A stretch of DNA of 63,468 nt, the filler included, from a bacterium (lineage in GTDB: Bacteria > UBA9089 > CG2-30-40-21 > SBAY01): NCBI GenBank assembly GCA_040757115.1. It is 5 parts of 5 records of this genome, joined end to end, with 100 filler letters (N's around TTAATTAATTAA, not from the genome) between each part and the next. Parts side by side here need not be neighbours in the genome. Positions count along the whole stretch, not along the records: positions 39,889 to 47,797 come from JBFLYA010000174.1; positions 47,898 to 55,654 come from JBFLYA010000176.1; 3 more parts are not named here. One strand, given 5' to 3'. The notes under the pieces are model-generated. The model was not told where the DNA came from, ran no database searches, and saw only the letters and a program-made list of their open reading frames with translations. Positions 46,054-55,754 of this stretch are shown piece after piece (position 1 is the stretch's first letter; the number at the start of each line of letters is the position of its first letter). The position numbers and the translations under genes were made by a program.

Positions 46054-47320
46054 AATCTTCTCCTCCAGCAATGCGTTTAATTTGTGCCCCCAGTTTAGAT
46101 AATTTTTCTTCCATACATTCATAGCCTCTATCCAGGTGATGTATGCCGGATAGTTGGGTTTCTCCTTTAGCCACCAGCCCGGCTAAAATCAATGCGGCAC
46201 TTGCTCTCAGATCTGTCGCATTAACCTGAGCTCCACTTAAAGTCTCGACACCACGTATTATTGCGGTATGTCCATCTACCTTAATATCTGCTCCCATACG
46301 ACATAATTCACTGACATGCATAAACCTATTCTCAAATACCGATTCTATAACCATACTCATTCCTTTAGTAATAGACATTAGCGTCATAAATTGTGCCTGA
46401 AGGTCTGTTGGAAATCCAGGGTAAGGCATAGTTCTTATATTTGCTGGCATAAGGTCTTTTTTTACATACACACGCATCTGAGAATCTTTTTTTTCAAATA
46501 TTACCCCTGCCTCTTCTAATTTAGTCATAACCGTATGGAGATGGTCAAAATCAGCCCCCTCAAGAGTAATATCTCCTTTAGTGATAGCGGCGGCAATGGC
46601 GTAAGTTCCTGTTTCTATTCTATCCGGGATAATTTGAAATGAAGTAGTTTTCAATTCTTTTACTCCGGTAACTTTTATTGTATCCGAACCCGCACCTTCA
46701 ATTTTGGCGCCGGCTTTATTTAAAAAATTAGCTAGTTCTACAATCTCTGGTTCTTTTGCGGCATTATCAATAATTGTTTCCCCGCAAGCCATTGAAGTCG
46801 CCATCATTAAATTTTCCGTCGCCCCAACTGAAGGAAAATCAAGATATATTTCTGTGCCAATTAATCTTTTAGCCGATAATTTCACATATCCTTCTTTCGT
46901 AACTATTTCCGCACCCAATTTGCTTAGTCCATCTAAGTGAAGATTAATCGGTCTCAATCCGATATTGCATCCGCCGGGTAAAGGAACATACGCCTTACCA
47001 AATCTGGCTAATAAAGCACCCATAACTAATGCTGAGGCACGCATCTTGCGCACCTGCTCATAAGGGGCTTCATATTGGTCTAAACTAACGGTATTTATAA
47101 CTGCTGACTCTTTTTTTCCCTCAACATTAGCCCCTAAAAGAGTTAATACCTCACACATCGTCTCTATGTCCAGAAGAGAGGGTAAGTTTGTTAATGTAAT
47201 TGGTTCTGGAATAAGAATAGTCGCGGCTAAAATAGGTAGCGCGGCATTTTTAGACCCTGAAATTTTAACTTTACCTGTAAGCCTCTTACCCCCTCTTATG
47301 ATAATCTTTGGTGAATCCAT
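46046..47320 (-). CDS. murA: UDP-N-acetylglucosamine 1-carboxyvinyltransferase
   Basis: SGSKNAALPI, MRAS, LPGGCNIGLRPINLH (active Cys), SVGATEN, PGFPTDLQAQ, FENRF, DLRA and DRGY. Confidence 0.97.
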   Translation of the reverse strand: MDSPKIIIRGGKRLTGKVKISGSKNAALPILAATILIPEPITLTNLPSLLDIETMCEVLTLLGANVEGKKESAVINTVSLDQYEAPYEQVRKMRASALVMGALLARFGKAYVPLPGGCNIGLRPINLHLDGLSKLGAEIVTKEGYVKLSAKRLIGTEIYLDFPSVGATENLMMATSMACGETIIDNAAKEPEIVELANFLNKAGAKIEGAGSDTIKVTGVKELKTTSFQIIPDRIETGTYAIAAAITKGDITLEGADFDHLHTVMTKLEEAGVIFEKKDSQMRVYVKKDLMPANIRTMPYPGFPTDLQAQFMTLMSITKGMSMVIESVFENRFMHVSELCRMGADIKVDGHTAIIRGVETLSGAQVNATDLRASAALILAGLVAKGETQLSGIHHLDRGYECMEEKLSKLGAQIKRIAGGEDYD

Positions 47321-47368
47321 ACATTATAATAATCGGTAAATTTAGCAAATTTCTTTAATAAAATTTGG

Positions 47369-47575
47369 GTAACTGTTCACCGCAGAGACACAGAGACGCA
47401 GAGAAAAACACACCCCTAACCCCTCTCAAGAGGGAAAAATCTATGGACGAGACGCTTAACATCCCTGATTTTCATCAGGGCAATTTCTTGAGTACAACAA
47501 CATTAAAATTGATTAACAAATCTGTCTTCTCTATTCCTCTGCGTCTCTGCGGTGAATTACTATCTGAATGGTTAC
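47369..47575. mobile_element. GTAA-ended MITE containing a CACACCCCTAACCCCTCTCAAGAGGG hairpin repeat
   Basis: GTAACTGTTCACCGCAGAGAC ... GTCTCTGCGGTGAATTACTATCTGAATGGTTAC; shares ends with the outer element at 44839. Confidence 0.75.
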
Positions 47576-47591
47576 GATAATTAGAATTGCT

Positions 47592-47797
47592 GGGAGGTCG
47601 CAAAAGTTTCTTGACAAAACGGCGAAATTTTGCGACCTGTGAAATAGGTTTTAAAAGAAAATGGAAAGATCTCCGATAATATATATATCCAGTAAAAACA
47701 AAGACTGGCTATGTAAAAAAGAGGGGGTTAGGTAAAATGAGAAACAAAATGAAGATTTTGGTATCGATCGAGGATGAATTTGGCAATGAAGAGATAC
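47592..47797 (+). mobile_element. Possible left end and first codons of an IS256-superfamily (ISKra4-like) element, cut by contig end
   Basis: GGGAGGTCGCAAAAGT start with an internal inverted repeat (47595-47605 and 47628-47638); ORF from 47737 reads MRNKMKILVSIEDEFGNEEI. Only 20 codons are visible. Confidence 0.35.
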
Positions 47798-47897
47798 NNN
47801 NNNNNNNNNNNNNNNNNNNNNNNNNNNNNNNNNNNNNNNNNTTAATTAATTAANNNNNNNNNNNNNNNNNNNNNNNNNNNNNNNNNNNNNNNNNNNN
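47798..47897. other. Artificial contig linker
   Basis: N-run with central TTAATTAATTAA. Confidence 0.97.
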
Positions 47898-48376
47898 GTA
47901 ACCGTTCAGGGATATAGCCACAGAGTCACAGAGAACACAGAGGGAATATATAACCACGAATGAACACGAATAATAAAAAGATTTGTAGTGCGAGGCTTAT
48001 GGTTTTTGCAAAATTAACTTCCACTTTTCTGGAATACCATAAAATAAATTAAAAATCAAACATCAAAATGTAAAATTACAAATCAAAAATCAAAATATTC
48101 TCCAGCTACTTTGTTAATTTACAAGTATTTTTGCATTTTGCATTGTAATTTTGATATTTGCATTTTGATATTTACATTAAAGTTCTTCTTGCTATCGCTC
48201 TCCCCAAAAGAGGAACCTATTTATGAAAAAGCAATTAGCCTCGCTTCTGGCAAGCAGGAAAGCGAACCTAAAGGTTCGTACTACATTTATCGAATGTCAC
48301 AGGTTAATTCGTGTCCATTTGTGGCTAATTTCTCTAATTCTCTGTGAACTCTGTGCCTCTGTGGCTGAACGGTTAC
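47898..48376. mobile_element. Family B MITE carrying a nested 235-bp element (48000-48234) with TTA target duplication
   Basis: Collinear with the reverse complement of 41946-42185 except for an insert bounded by imperfect IRs TGGTTTTTGCAAAATTA / TATTTATGAAAAAGCAA and flanked by TTA on both sides. Confidence 0.8.
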
Positions 48377-48392
48377 AATTATTTTCATATTT

Positions 48393-50591
48393 TTACCAGC
48401 ACTTAGAAAAACCACAGACTCTACATATCGCACAACCTTCTACCAATTCAAGTATCTCTCCACACTCCGGACATTCAGGATAGATACCTACCGCGGCTTT
48501 CGTCATTGTCATTTTCTTTAATGATTTTGGCTCTAATCCATTAGTCATATACTTTTCGATGGCTCTACCAATGGCATCCGGACAGGATAAAATCGTTCCT
48601 CCTTTTTGCCAGGAAGGAGCAGGACATCTAATCCCTTTTAATTGTTTAATTATTACCTCTGTATCTATTCCAGAGCGTAAGGCTAATGAAATTAACCTGC
48701 TTGTTGCCTCAGATTGTGAGGCGGCACAACCACCGGATTTACCCATTTGGGAAAAGACCTCACAGGGGCCTTTTTCATCTTCATTTATCGTTACATATAA
48801 ATTCCCACAGCCAGTCGTTATTTTCTGTGTAGTTCCTGTGGTTACAGATGGTCTTGGCCTTGGTGTTCGGGGTTCTTTTTCCTCTTTTTTCTTCAAACCA
48901 AGATAAAGCACCTGTTCTTCACGACTGCCATCACGATAAATGGTTACTCCTTTACAACCATTTTTATAGGCTAAGAGATAGACTTTTTTTACATCCTCGC
49001 GAGTGGCAGAATTTGGGAAATTAACTGTTTTTGAAACTGCATTATCGGTGTATTTCTGGAAGGCGGATTGCATTCTGATATGCCATTCTGGAGAAATATC
49101 GTGAGCCGTGCAAAATATCTTCTGGATTTTTACCGGAACTTCTTTTATGCCGTGTAGGGTGCCTTTTTCTGCAATTTTACGCATCAGTTCCTCACTATAA
49201 AACCCCTCTTTTTTAGCTATCTTCTCAAAATAAGCATTGACCTCAATCAATTCATTTTTATCCATTACCTTTCGGATGAAACAAACACCAAATAATGGCT
49301 CAATCCCACTTGAACAATGAGCGATAATTCCAATTGTGCCTGTTGGAGCAATCGTCGTCGTAGTCGCATTGCGGAGTCCTTCACATTGCCCATCATCATA
49401 GATACTACCTTTAAAGTTAGGGAATGCACCCCTTTCTTTTGCCAGTTGTGCGGATGATTCCCTTGCTTTTTGCTGAATAAATTTCATTACCTCTTCTGCG
49501 GTCTGAATGCCTTTTTCAGAATTATAAGGAATCCCAAGTTGAATAAGCATATCCGCAAAACCCATTATCCCTAATCCTATTTTCCTATTTGCTTTTGTCT
49601 TTTCTCCGATGATTTTAAGCGGATAATTATTCATATCAATAACATTATCTAAAAATCTAACCGATAATTCTACGACCCGACTTAATTTCTCATAATCAAT
49701 AGTATCTTCCTTGACCATTTTTGCCAGGTTAATAGAGCCTAAATTACAGGACTCATAAGGAAGTAACGGTTGTTCGCCGCAAGGATTAGTGCTTTCTATC
49801 TCACCGACTTTAGGTGTGGGGTTATGTTCGTTTATTCTATCTAAGAAGATAATTCCTGGCTCACCGTTTTTATGGCTATATTCAACGATAAGGTCAAATA
49901 CCTCATCTGCCAACAGTTTTTTTACACTTTTTTTAGTTCGTGGGTCGATTAAATCATATTCTTTGTTATTTTCTAATGCCTCCATAAATTCCCGAGTTAA
50001 GGCAACGGAGATATTAAAGTTATTCAATCTGTGTTCTTTTTCTTTGCACTTAATGAAATCCAGTATGTCCGGATGGTCAACTCGTAATATGCCCATATTT
50101 GCTCCTCGTCGAGTTCCACCCTGTTTAACGGTTTCGGTTGCGGCATCAAAGACGGTCATAAATGAAATAGGGCCACTTGAAACCCCTTTCGTTGTCTTAA
50201 CCGGGCTATCCTTTGGTCTAAGTCTTGAGAAGCTAAATCCTGTGCCACCGCCAGACTTGTGGATTAAAGCAGTATTTTTCACTGCATCAAAAATACTATC
50301 CATCGAATCTTCAATTGGTAAGACAAAACAAGCAGATAATTGTTGTAGGTCTCGGCCGGCATTCATTAAGGTAGGTGAATTAGGCAAGAATTCAAGCCTG
50401 GTCATCAATTCATAAAACTGTGTTGCTCTTTTTTGGACACTTGCTTTAGAATTATAATTTTTATCTGCCAAAGCTACATTTTCCGCCACACGCCAAAACA
50501 TCTCCTCTGGTGTCTCAATCGGCTTACCATCTTCATCCTTTTTTAAATACCTCTTTTCCAGCACTTTTCCTGCATTAGATGACAATTCCAT
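48393..50591 (-). CDS. nrdJ: Adenosylcobalamin-dependent (class II) ribonucleotide reductase with fused C-terminal TSCPD/Zn-ribbon region
   Basis: [59 protein letters not shown] and YRDGSR; C-terminal SCPD, CPEC and C..CGFSKC. Confidence 0.96.
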   Translation of the reverse strand: MELSSNAGKVLEKRYLKKDEDGKPIETPEEMFWRVAENVALADKNYNSKASVQKRATQFYELMTRLEFLPNSPTLMNAGRDLQQLSACFVLPIEDSMDSIFDAVKNTALIHKSGGGTGFSFSRLRPKDSPVKTTKGVSSGPISFMTVFDAATETVKQGGTRRGANMGILRVDHPDILDFIKCKEKEHRLNNFNISVALTREFMEALENNKEYDLIDPRTKKSVKKLLADEVFDLIVEYSHKNGEPGIIFLDRINEHNPTPKVGEIESTNPCGEQPLLPYESCNLGSINLAKMVKEDTIDYEKLSRVVELSVRFLDNVIDMNNYPLKIIGEKTKANRKIGLGIMGFADMLIQLGIPYNSEKGIQTAEEVMKFIQQKARESSAQLAKERGAFPNFKGSIYDDGQCEGLRNATTTTIAPTGTIGIIAHCSSGIEPLFGVCFIRKVMDKNELIEVNAYFEKIAKKEGFYSEELMRKIAEKGTLHGIKEVPVKIQKIFCTAHDISPEWHIRMQSAFQKYTDNAVSKTVNFPNSATREDVKKVYLLAYKNGCKGVTIYRDGSREEQVLYLGLKKKEEKEPRTPRPRPSVTTGTTQKITTGCGNLYVTINEDEKGPCEVFSQMGKSGGCAASQSEATSRLISLALRSGIDTEVIIKQLKGIRCPAPSWQKGGTILSCPDAIGRAIEKYMTNGLEPKSLKKMTMTKAAVGIYPECPECGEILELVEGCAICRVCGFSKCW

Positions 50592-50721
50592 CTTAAAATC
50601 CCCTCCCTTTTTTATATTTTATCTATTTTACCTTATAACAGGTAAAATAAGGTAATTTCTTGAAAGCATTCAACCATACACCTGAAAACCTACAAAAATA
50701 GCCTATCTTGTAGTGTTGATT

Positions 50722-50750
50722 ATTATATACCACAAAGTATCGTATGTCAA
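50722..50750 (-). promoter_or_regulatory. Consensus sigma70 promoter for nrdJ, with a possible NrdR box in the spacer
   Basis: Minus strand reads TTGACA-N17-TATAAT exactly. CCACAAAGTATCGTAT (50730-50745) matches acaCwAtATaTwGtgt at 11 of 16 positions; a weaker half-site lies at 50701-50716. Confidence 0.75.
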
Positions 50751-50833
50751 GTAATTTTTTAATGTTTTTTTAACTTTTCATAAATTAATAAAAGGCTAAA
50801 GCCAAAACTTCAGTAATAGAAGGCAAAATTTGA

Positions 50834-50862
50834 TTGACATTAGATAAAACTTTTGGTAAAAT
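50834..50862 (+). promoter_or_regulatory. Sigma70 promoter for the glycosyltransferase gene
   Basis: TTGACA-N17-TAAAAT with a TGn extension; divergent from the nrdJ promoter. Confidence 0.7.
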
Positions 50863-50920
50863 ATCCAGCAGTGCCTCACGAAATTAAGAATAAGTAACTG
50901 GAACAATAAGGAGAAACGGA

Positions 50921-51066
50921 CATAAGCCAGGGCTCACAAAGGGCAATGAAAATGGGAGAAGGACAACCCCCTAACCCCCTTTATTAAGGGGGAATTGCTG
51001 AGAGTTTCTTTCTTCCCGAATCCCGAGTCCCGAACCCCGAGTCCCGAGTCCCGATTTTCAGGAGAA
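50921..51066 (+). repeat. Dispersed repeat family E with (CCCGAGT/CCCGAAT)n heptamers and a CCCCCTTTATTAAGGGGG hairpin
   Basis: Same CAT...CACAAAG...TGAAAATGGG left part and CCCGATTTTCAGGAGAA right part as 1976-2087. Confidence 0.65.
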
Positions 51067-51071
51067 TTACA

Positions 51072-53213
51072 GTGAATGAAAAGAAATTAAATATCCTCCA
51101 GGTCGTCAATAGTCCACATTGGCATGCCATTAGCAGTTACGCCTTAAATCTTTCAAAAGGATTGAAGGCAAAAGGACATAAGGTAATCATAGTTACTTTA
51201 CCAGGGAGTCTTTTGATTAAAAGAGCAGAGGCTGAAGGTGTGCCAGTTATCACTAATCTGCATTTAAACCATAACAACCCTATCTATTTTATTACAGACT
51301 TAAGAAAACTCATCTGTATTTTAGAAGAAGAAGAGATTGATGTTTTAAATGTGCATGAATCTTATGGTTTTGTTATTTCTTGTTTAGCGGCTAAATTAGC
51401 CAGGCGACCAATTGCCTTAATCCGAACACGAGGCACATTTATGACTCCCAAAGGGCATTCAATAAATAGATACCTGCATAATTCATTAGCCGATGAAGTA
51501 ATCGTTACCTCTAAATTTATGCTAAAAAAATGCCTCAAGCATCTTCGAGGCAAAGAAGACCACTATAAACTTATCTATTTTGGGATTGATGTGGATAAAT
51601 TTAAGGTTGAGACTCCAAAAGAGAAAATCAGAGCAGAATTAGGTATTGCCGAGACGGATTTTATAATTGGAATGACAGCCAGATTTGACCCGGTAAAAGG
51701 TTACCCATACTTTTTTGAAACAGCCGCAAAAGTAAAAAATAACATTGAAGGGTTAAAAGTGAAGTTTTTAATCATTGGCTATGAGGCAGAATTTTCTAAA
51801 GCTGATTTGATGAATATGGCTAAAAAACATAATATTGAAAAAGATGTAATTATCATTGATAAATGGAGCAATCTGCCAGAGATTTTATCTGTTATTGACA
51901 TTGGCGTTATAACATCTATTGGTTCAGAGGCAAATAGTCGAACCTGTCTCGAATTTATGGGTGCTGGAAAACCGGTTGTGGCTACTACGGTTGGCGTCCT
52001 TCCAGAAATTATAGAAAACGATAAAACAGGGTATTTAGTTCAACCAAAAGATATTCAAGCTATGGCAAATGTTTTGCTTGATTTATTAGAAAACAGGGAG
52101 AAACTTAAGATAATAGGAGATAATGGCAGAAAATTAGTCAATGAGAAATTCACACAGGATTTTTTAGTAACTCAAACAGAGGAAATTTATTATCAACAAT
52201 GGAGAAAAAAACTACCCAGGTCAATTAAAAAAATACTTGTTATAGATTTTAATTTAATCGGTGATTTATTATTTACAACTCCAACAATTAAGGCTATTAA
52301 ACAAAATTTCAATAATAGTCATTTAAGTATCGTTGTGAATTCTACTGGTGTAGATGTAGTCAGGAATAATCCATACATTGATGAAATTATTGTCTTTGAC
52401 CGCAAACATAAAAACATTATAAATCAGATTAAATTTATTTTGAAGATAAGGAAACAACGATTTGATTTAGTAGTTGATTTATATAATGGCACTCGCTCCG
52501 CTGTATTAGCCTGGCTATCAAGGGCTAAATACAGGGTTGGTAAAGGAACTGATTGGAACAAGATATTCTTTAATTTAAGATTTATACCTAAAAAAAACCT
52601 TACATATTGTATTGAAGAAGGGTTTGAGAAATTGGGGTTATTAGGGATTGATATAGAACATATTGATAAGAAATTAGTTATGGAAGTGTCAAATCAGGAT
52701 AGAGAATATATCAAGCAGTTATTTAAGATAAAAGAAGATGAATTAGTCATTGTCATTAATCCTGGTGCCGGTGCTCCTTCAAGGCGATGGAGTGTTGAGG
52801 GATATGCCCGGGTAGCAGATGTTTTAATTGAAAAATATAAGGCAAAGGTAATCTTAAGTCCAAATTTAGGTCAGGAAGAGTTTGCGTTTCAGATAAAGAG
52901 ATTGATGTCCCGGACGCCATTAGTTTCGCCTGTTCTAAATTTGAATCAAATAGCGGCGTTAGGGGAAATAGCAACGGTATTTATTGGGACAGATACAGGA
53001 CCATTACATATCGCCGCCGCGGCAGGTGCCCCTGTAGTCACGATATTTTTATCTACCAGTCCTTCAATGCATCACCATTTAATCAGGACAAAATATGTTT
53101 ATAAAAAGTTACCTTGCAATCCCTGTCAAAAAGGATGTGAATCATTAGAATGTGTTAAGGCAATCACCGCTATGGATGTTTTAGAAAAGGTTGAGGAATT
53201 ATTAAATCTGTAA
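51072..53213 (+). CDS. Fused GT4 glycosyltransferase and GT9 (heptosyltransferase-like) LPS core enzyme
   Basis: N-terminal half: RFDPVKG, SEANSRTCLEFMGAGKPVV (GT4 E-X7-E). C-terminal half: KILVI...IGDLLFTTP, NPYIDE, INPGA...RRWS and DTGPLHIAAA (GT9). Confidence 0.9.
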   Translation: MNEKKLNILQVVNSPHWHAISSYALNLSKGLKAKGHKVIIVTLPGSLLIKRAEAEGVPVITNLHLNHNNPIYFITDLRKLICILEEEEIDVLNVHESYGFVISCLAAKLARRPIALIRTRGTFMTPKGHSINRYLHNSLADEVIVTSKFMLKKCLKHLRGKEDHYKLIYFGIDVDKFKVETPKEKIRAELGIAETDFIIGMTARFDPVKGYPYFFETAAKVKNNIEGLKVKFLIIGYEAEFSKADLMNMAKKHNIEKDVIIIDKWSNLPEILSVIDIGVITSIGSEANSRTCLEFMGAGKPVVATTVGVLPEIIENDKTGYLVQPKDIQAMANVLLDLLENREKLKIIGDNGRKLVNEKFTQDFLVTQTEEIYYQQWRKKLPRSIKKILVIDFNLIGDLLFTTPTIKAIKQNFNNSHLSIVVNSTGVDVVRNNPYIDEIIVFDRKHKNIINQIKFILKIRKQRFDLVVDLYNGTRSAVLAWLSRAKYRVGKGTDWNKIFFNLRFIPKKNLTYCIEEGFEKLGLLGIDIEHIDKKLVMEVSNQDREYIKQLFKIKEDELVIVINPGAGAPSRRWSVEGYARVADVLIEKYKAKVILSPNLGQEEFAFQIKRLMSRTPLVSPVLNLNQIAALGEIATVFIGTDTGPLHIAAAAGAPVVTIFLSTSPSMHHHLIRTKYVYKKLPCNPCQKGCESLECVKAITAMDVLEKVEELLNL

Positions 53214-54446
53214 AATTGCCTCTTTGCTAATTAAATCCTCATAAGATTCTCTCTGACGGATAATATGATATTCTCCATTAATGACCATTACCTCAGCCAC
53301 CTTAGGACGCATATTATAATTAGATGACATTGTAACTCCATAAGCCCCAACATCTAAAATAACCAGTAGCTCTCCTGCCGTAGGTTTAGGTAACACTCTA
53401 TCATGGGCAAAAAAATCACCCTCTTCACATATTGGGCCAACTATATCTGCCGTTAATCCTTCTCGCTCTATATCTTCAATTACTGGTAGAATTTTATGAT
53501 ATGCCTTGTAGAATGCCGGTCTGATTAAATCATTCATCCCCGCATCAACGATAATAAAATGCTTATTATGTCCTTTTTTAATATGAAGTATTTTAGTTAC
53601 AAGAATTCCTGACTCGCCTACAATACTTCGTCCTGGTTCTAATATTAGTTTATAATTGGTATTAGCAATTTCTGGTAAGAGCATTTTGCCAAAATCCTGG
53701 ATGCTATGAATATCTTCATCATGATACCTGATACCTAAACCTCCACCAAGATTTATATACTCGATGTTAATATTTAACTCTTTAAGTTCCCGGGCTAATT
53801 TAAGAACCTTATGCATGCCTTCAAGGAATAGGTTACAATGAGTTATTTGCGAACCAATATGACAATGAATTCCTGCTACTTCAAGATTTTGTGACTTTGA
53901 TGCCCGGAGATAAACCTCTTTTACCATATGGTTGCTTATTCCAAATTTACTTTTAGCCAGGCCTGTAGCAATATAATGATGAGTAAGTGGATTAATATCA
54001 GGATTGACACGAATTGCAATACGGACTTTTTTATCTTTTGCACTGGCAATTTGGCTCAATAATGAAAGTTCCTCTATTGAATCCACATTAATCATTAACA
54101 AATCATTCTCTACGGCATATTCAAGTTCTTCTCTGGTTTTACCATTACCATTGAAAACGATTTTTTGCGGCGGAATTCCTGCCTTTAATACCTTAAATAG
54201 TTCACCGCCGGAGACAACATCTGCCCCTGCCCCTTTTTGGGCTAAAATATTAAGGATAGCCAGATTAGCGTTTGCCTTACAGGCATAACAAATTAAGGTA
54301 TTAGGGAAAGATTGGCGATAAGCCTCGTAATTAGAGGTTAAGACATCATAACTGTAAAGATAAAATGGTGTTTGCACCTGCCTGGCAATGGTTTCAATCT
54401 TAAGCCCATCACAATATAATTCTCTTTCTCGATATTCAAATCCCAT
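53202..54446 (-). CDS. lysA: Diaminopimelate decarboxylase
   Basis: YACKAN (PLP Lys), DVVSGGEL, SKFG, HCHIGSQ, NLGGG, EPGRSIV, GPICEEGD and GAYG..MSSNYN. Confidence 0.96.
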   Translation of the reverse strand: MGFEYRERELYCDGLKIETIARQVQTPFYLYSYDVLTSNYEAYRQSFPNTLICYACKANANLAILNILAQKGAGADVVSGGELFKVLKAGIPPQKIVFNGNGKTREELEYAVENDLLMINVDSIEELSLLSQIASAKDKKVRIAIRVNPDINPLTHHYIATGLAKSKFGISNHMVKEVYLRASKSQNLEVAGIHCHIGSQITHCNLFLEGMHKVLKLARELKELNINIEYINLGGGLGIRYHDEDIHSIQDFGKMLLPEIANTNYKLILEPGRSIVGESGILVTKILHIKKGHNKHFIIVDAGMNDLIRPAFYKAYHKILPVIEDIEREGLTADIVGPICEEGDFFAHDRVLPKPTAGELLVILDVGAYGVTMSSNYNMRPKVAEVMVINGEYHIIRQRESYEDLISKEAILQI

Positions 54447-54460
54447 AATTACACTCCTTT

Positions 54461-55003
54461 TTATTTCTTTTGACTCTTACGATAGATTTTCTCTGCTTGA
54501 CGATTGATTTTTTTAAACTCTTTACTTTGCGGGAATTTATTTGCAATCTCCTCTATCTTTTCTTTTGACTTTTTTGCCCAGACTGTTTTGGAATGTTCCT
54601 TAATGATAGAAAGATATATTTCAGTTGCCTTTTTAAATTTATTAGATGCCTGGTAGCATTCTCCGATTTGGTAAATTGCCTCAACTTTATAGTCAGAGTG
54701 TTTATATTTTTTAAGCAATAGCCGATAATTATTTATCGCCTCATTCCATTGTTCTAATGCCTGATAGCATTTACCGATATTAAGTTGAGCCTCATCGGCA
54801 TAATAAATCTTTGGATAATAGTCAATAAAATGTCGAAATTCAATAATGGCTAATTCATAATTTTTTTGGTCTTGATATGCCAGGGCACGGTCATAAAGTA
54901 ATTTTGCTAATTGATTTTCCTGATATTGATACGGGGTAATATAAGGTTTAGCCTGACTACAACCAATGATAAAGAGCAAAAGAAATAAGATATTATTTAT
55001 CAT
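54461..55003 (-). CDS. TPR-repeat lipoprotein (BamD/CpoB-like)
   Basis: Lipobox IIGC at residues 12-15; TPR pairs A...F..FI..YP...YADEAQL.IG.CY. Confidence 0.75.
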   Translation of the reverse strand: MINNILFLLLFIIGCSQAKPYITPYQYQENQLAKLLYDRALAYQDQKNYELAIIEFRHFIDYYPKIYYADEAQLNIGKCYQALEQWNEAINNYRLLLKKYKHSDYKVEAIYQIGECYQASNKFKKATEIYLSIIKEHSKTVWAKKSKEKIEEIANKFPQSKEFKKINRQAEKIYRKSQKK

Positions 55004-55450
55004 TTAATCAGCTCCTTTAGTAGATGCAAGTGCCTTTTTCATTTCGGTTATAAAATCTTTTGGTCCACGATAACCTACTACTTGATGAATTACCTGACTA
55101 TCCGTATCCATAAAGATAATCGTTGGCAAGCCTCGGACAGCATATTGGTTTGGTGTAGTTTTATCTACCTCACAATCAATCTTGACTGGAATAAATTTTT
55201 TAGAAAGTGCAATTACCTCTGGATTTTTATATGTCGTTGCATCTAATCTTTTACACCAGATACACCATTTTGCTTCAAAATCTACCATCAAAGGTTTATT
55301 CTTTTTTTTAGCCATCTTTAACCCTTTCTCAAAAGAATGATACCATTTAATCTCTTGTCTCTCTATTTTAGATTTAGCCAGTAGAACTTTTTGACCCCCC
55401 AGACACAAAACAGTAAATACAATCAGAAAAATACATAATTGTTTTAACAT
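55004..55450 (-). CDS. Exported thioredoxin-fold protein
   Basis: Signal peptide, KPLMVDFEAKWCIWCK (CxxC) and GLPTIIF cis-Pro loop. Confidence 0.88.
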   Translation of the reverse strand: MLKQLCIFLIVFTVLCLGGQKVLLAKSKIERQEIKWYHSFEKGLKMAKKKNKPLMVDFEAKWCIWCKRLDATTYKNPEVIALSKKFIPVKIDCEVDKTTPNQYAVRGLPTIIFMDTDSQVIHQVVGYRGPKDFITEMKKALASTKGAD

Positions 55451-55530
55451 AATTAATACCTCCTTAAAGATATTCGCCTAGAGTTCTGCAAAACCAGGAA
55501 ACTGTATTTTTAAGCGGGTATTTAAAACCT

Positions 55531-55654
55531 GTAAGCGTTCAGGTGGTGTAACAAAAGGAGATGTGGAGATTAAGGAGATAGGGAGATATTATTAAAAAAA
55601 TTGAAATTAATAGAAACTAATAGAAATTTATGGAAATTTGTTGTTTTCCACAAT
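55531..55654. mobile_element. Second copy of the 240-467 IS66-like MITE (inverted, cut by contig end)
   Basis: GTAAGCGTTCAGGTGGTGTAACAAAAGGAG... is the reverse complement of ~354-467 with small differences. Confidence 0.85.
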
Positions 55655-55754
55655 NNNNNNNNNNNNNNNNNNNNNNNNNNNNNNNNNNNNNNNNNNNNTT
55701 AATTAATTAANNNNNNNNNNNNNNNNNNNNNNNNNNNNNNNNNNNNNNNNNNNN
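55655..55754. other. Artificial contig linker
   Basis: N-run with central TTAATTAATTAA. Confidence 0.97.

Noticed and set aside
50592-50720. Cobalamin riboswitch upstream of nrdJ
   Set aside because: The leader is short and AT-rich, with no recognisable B12-box or GC-rich stems.
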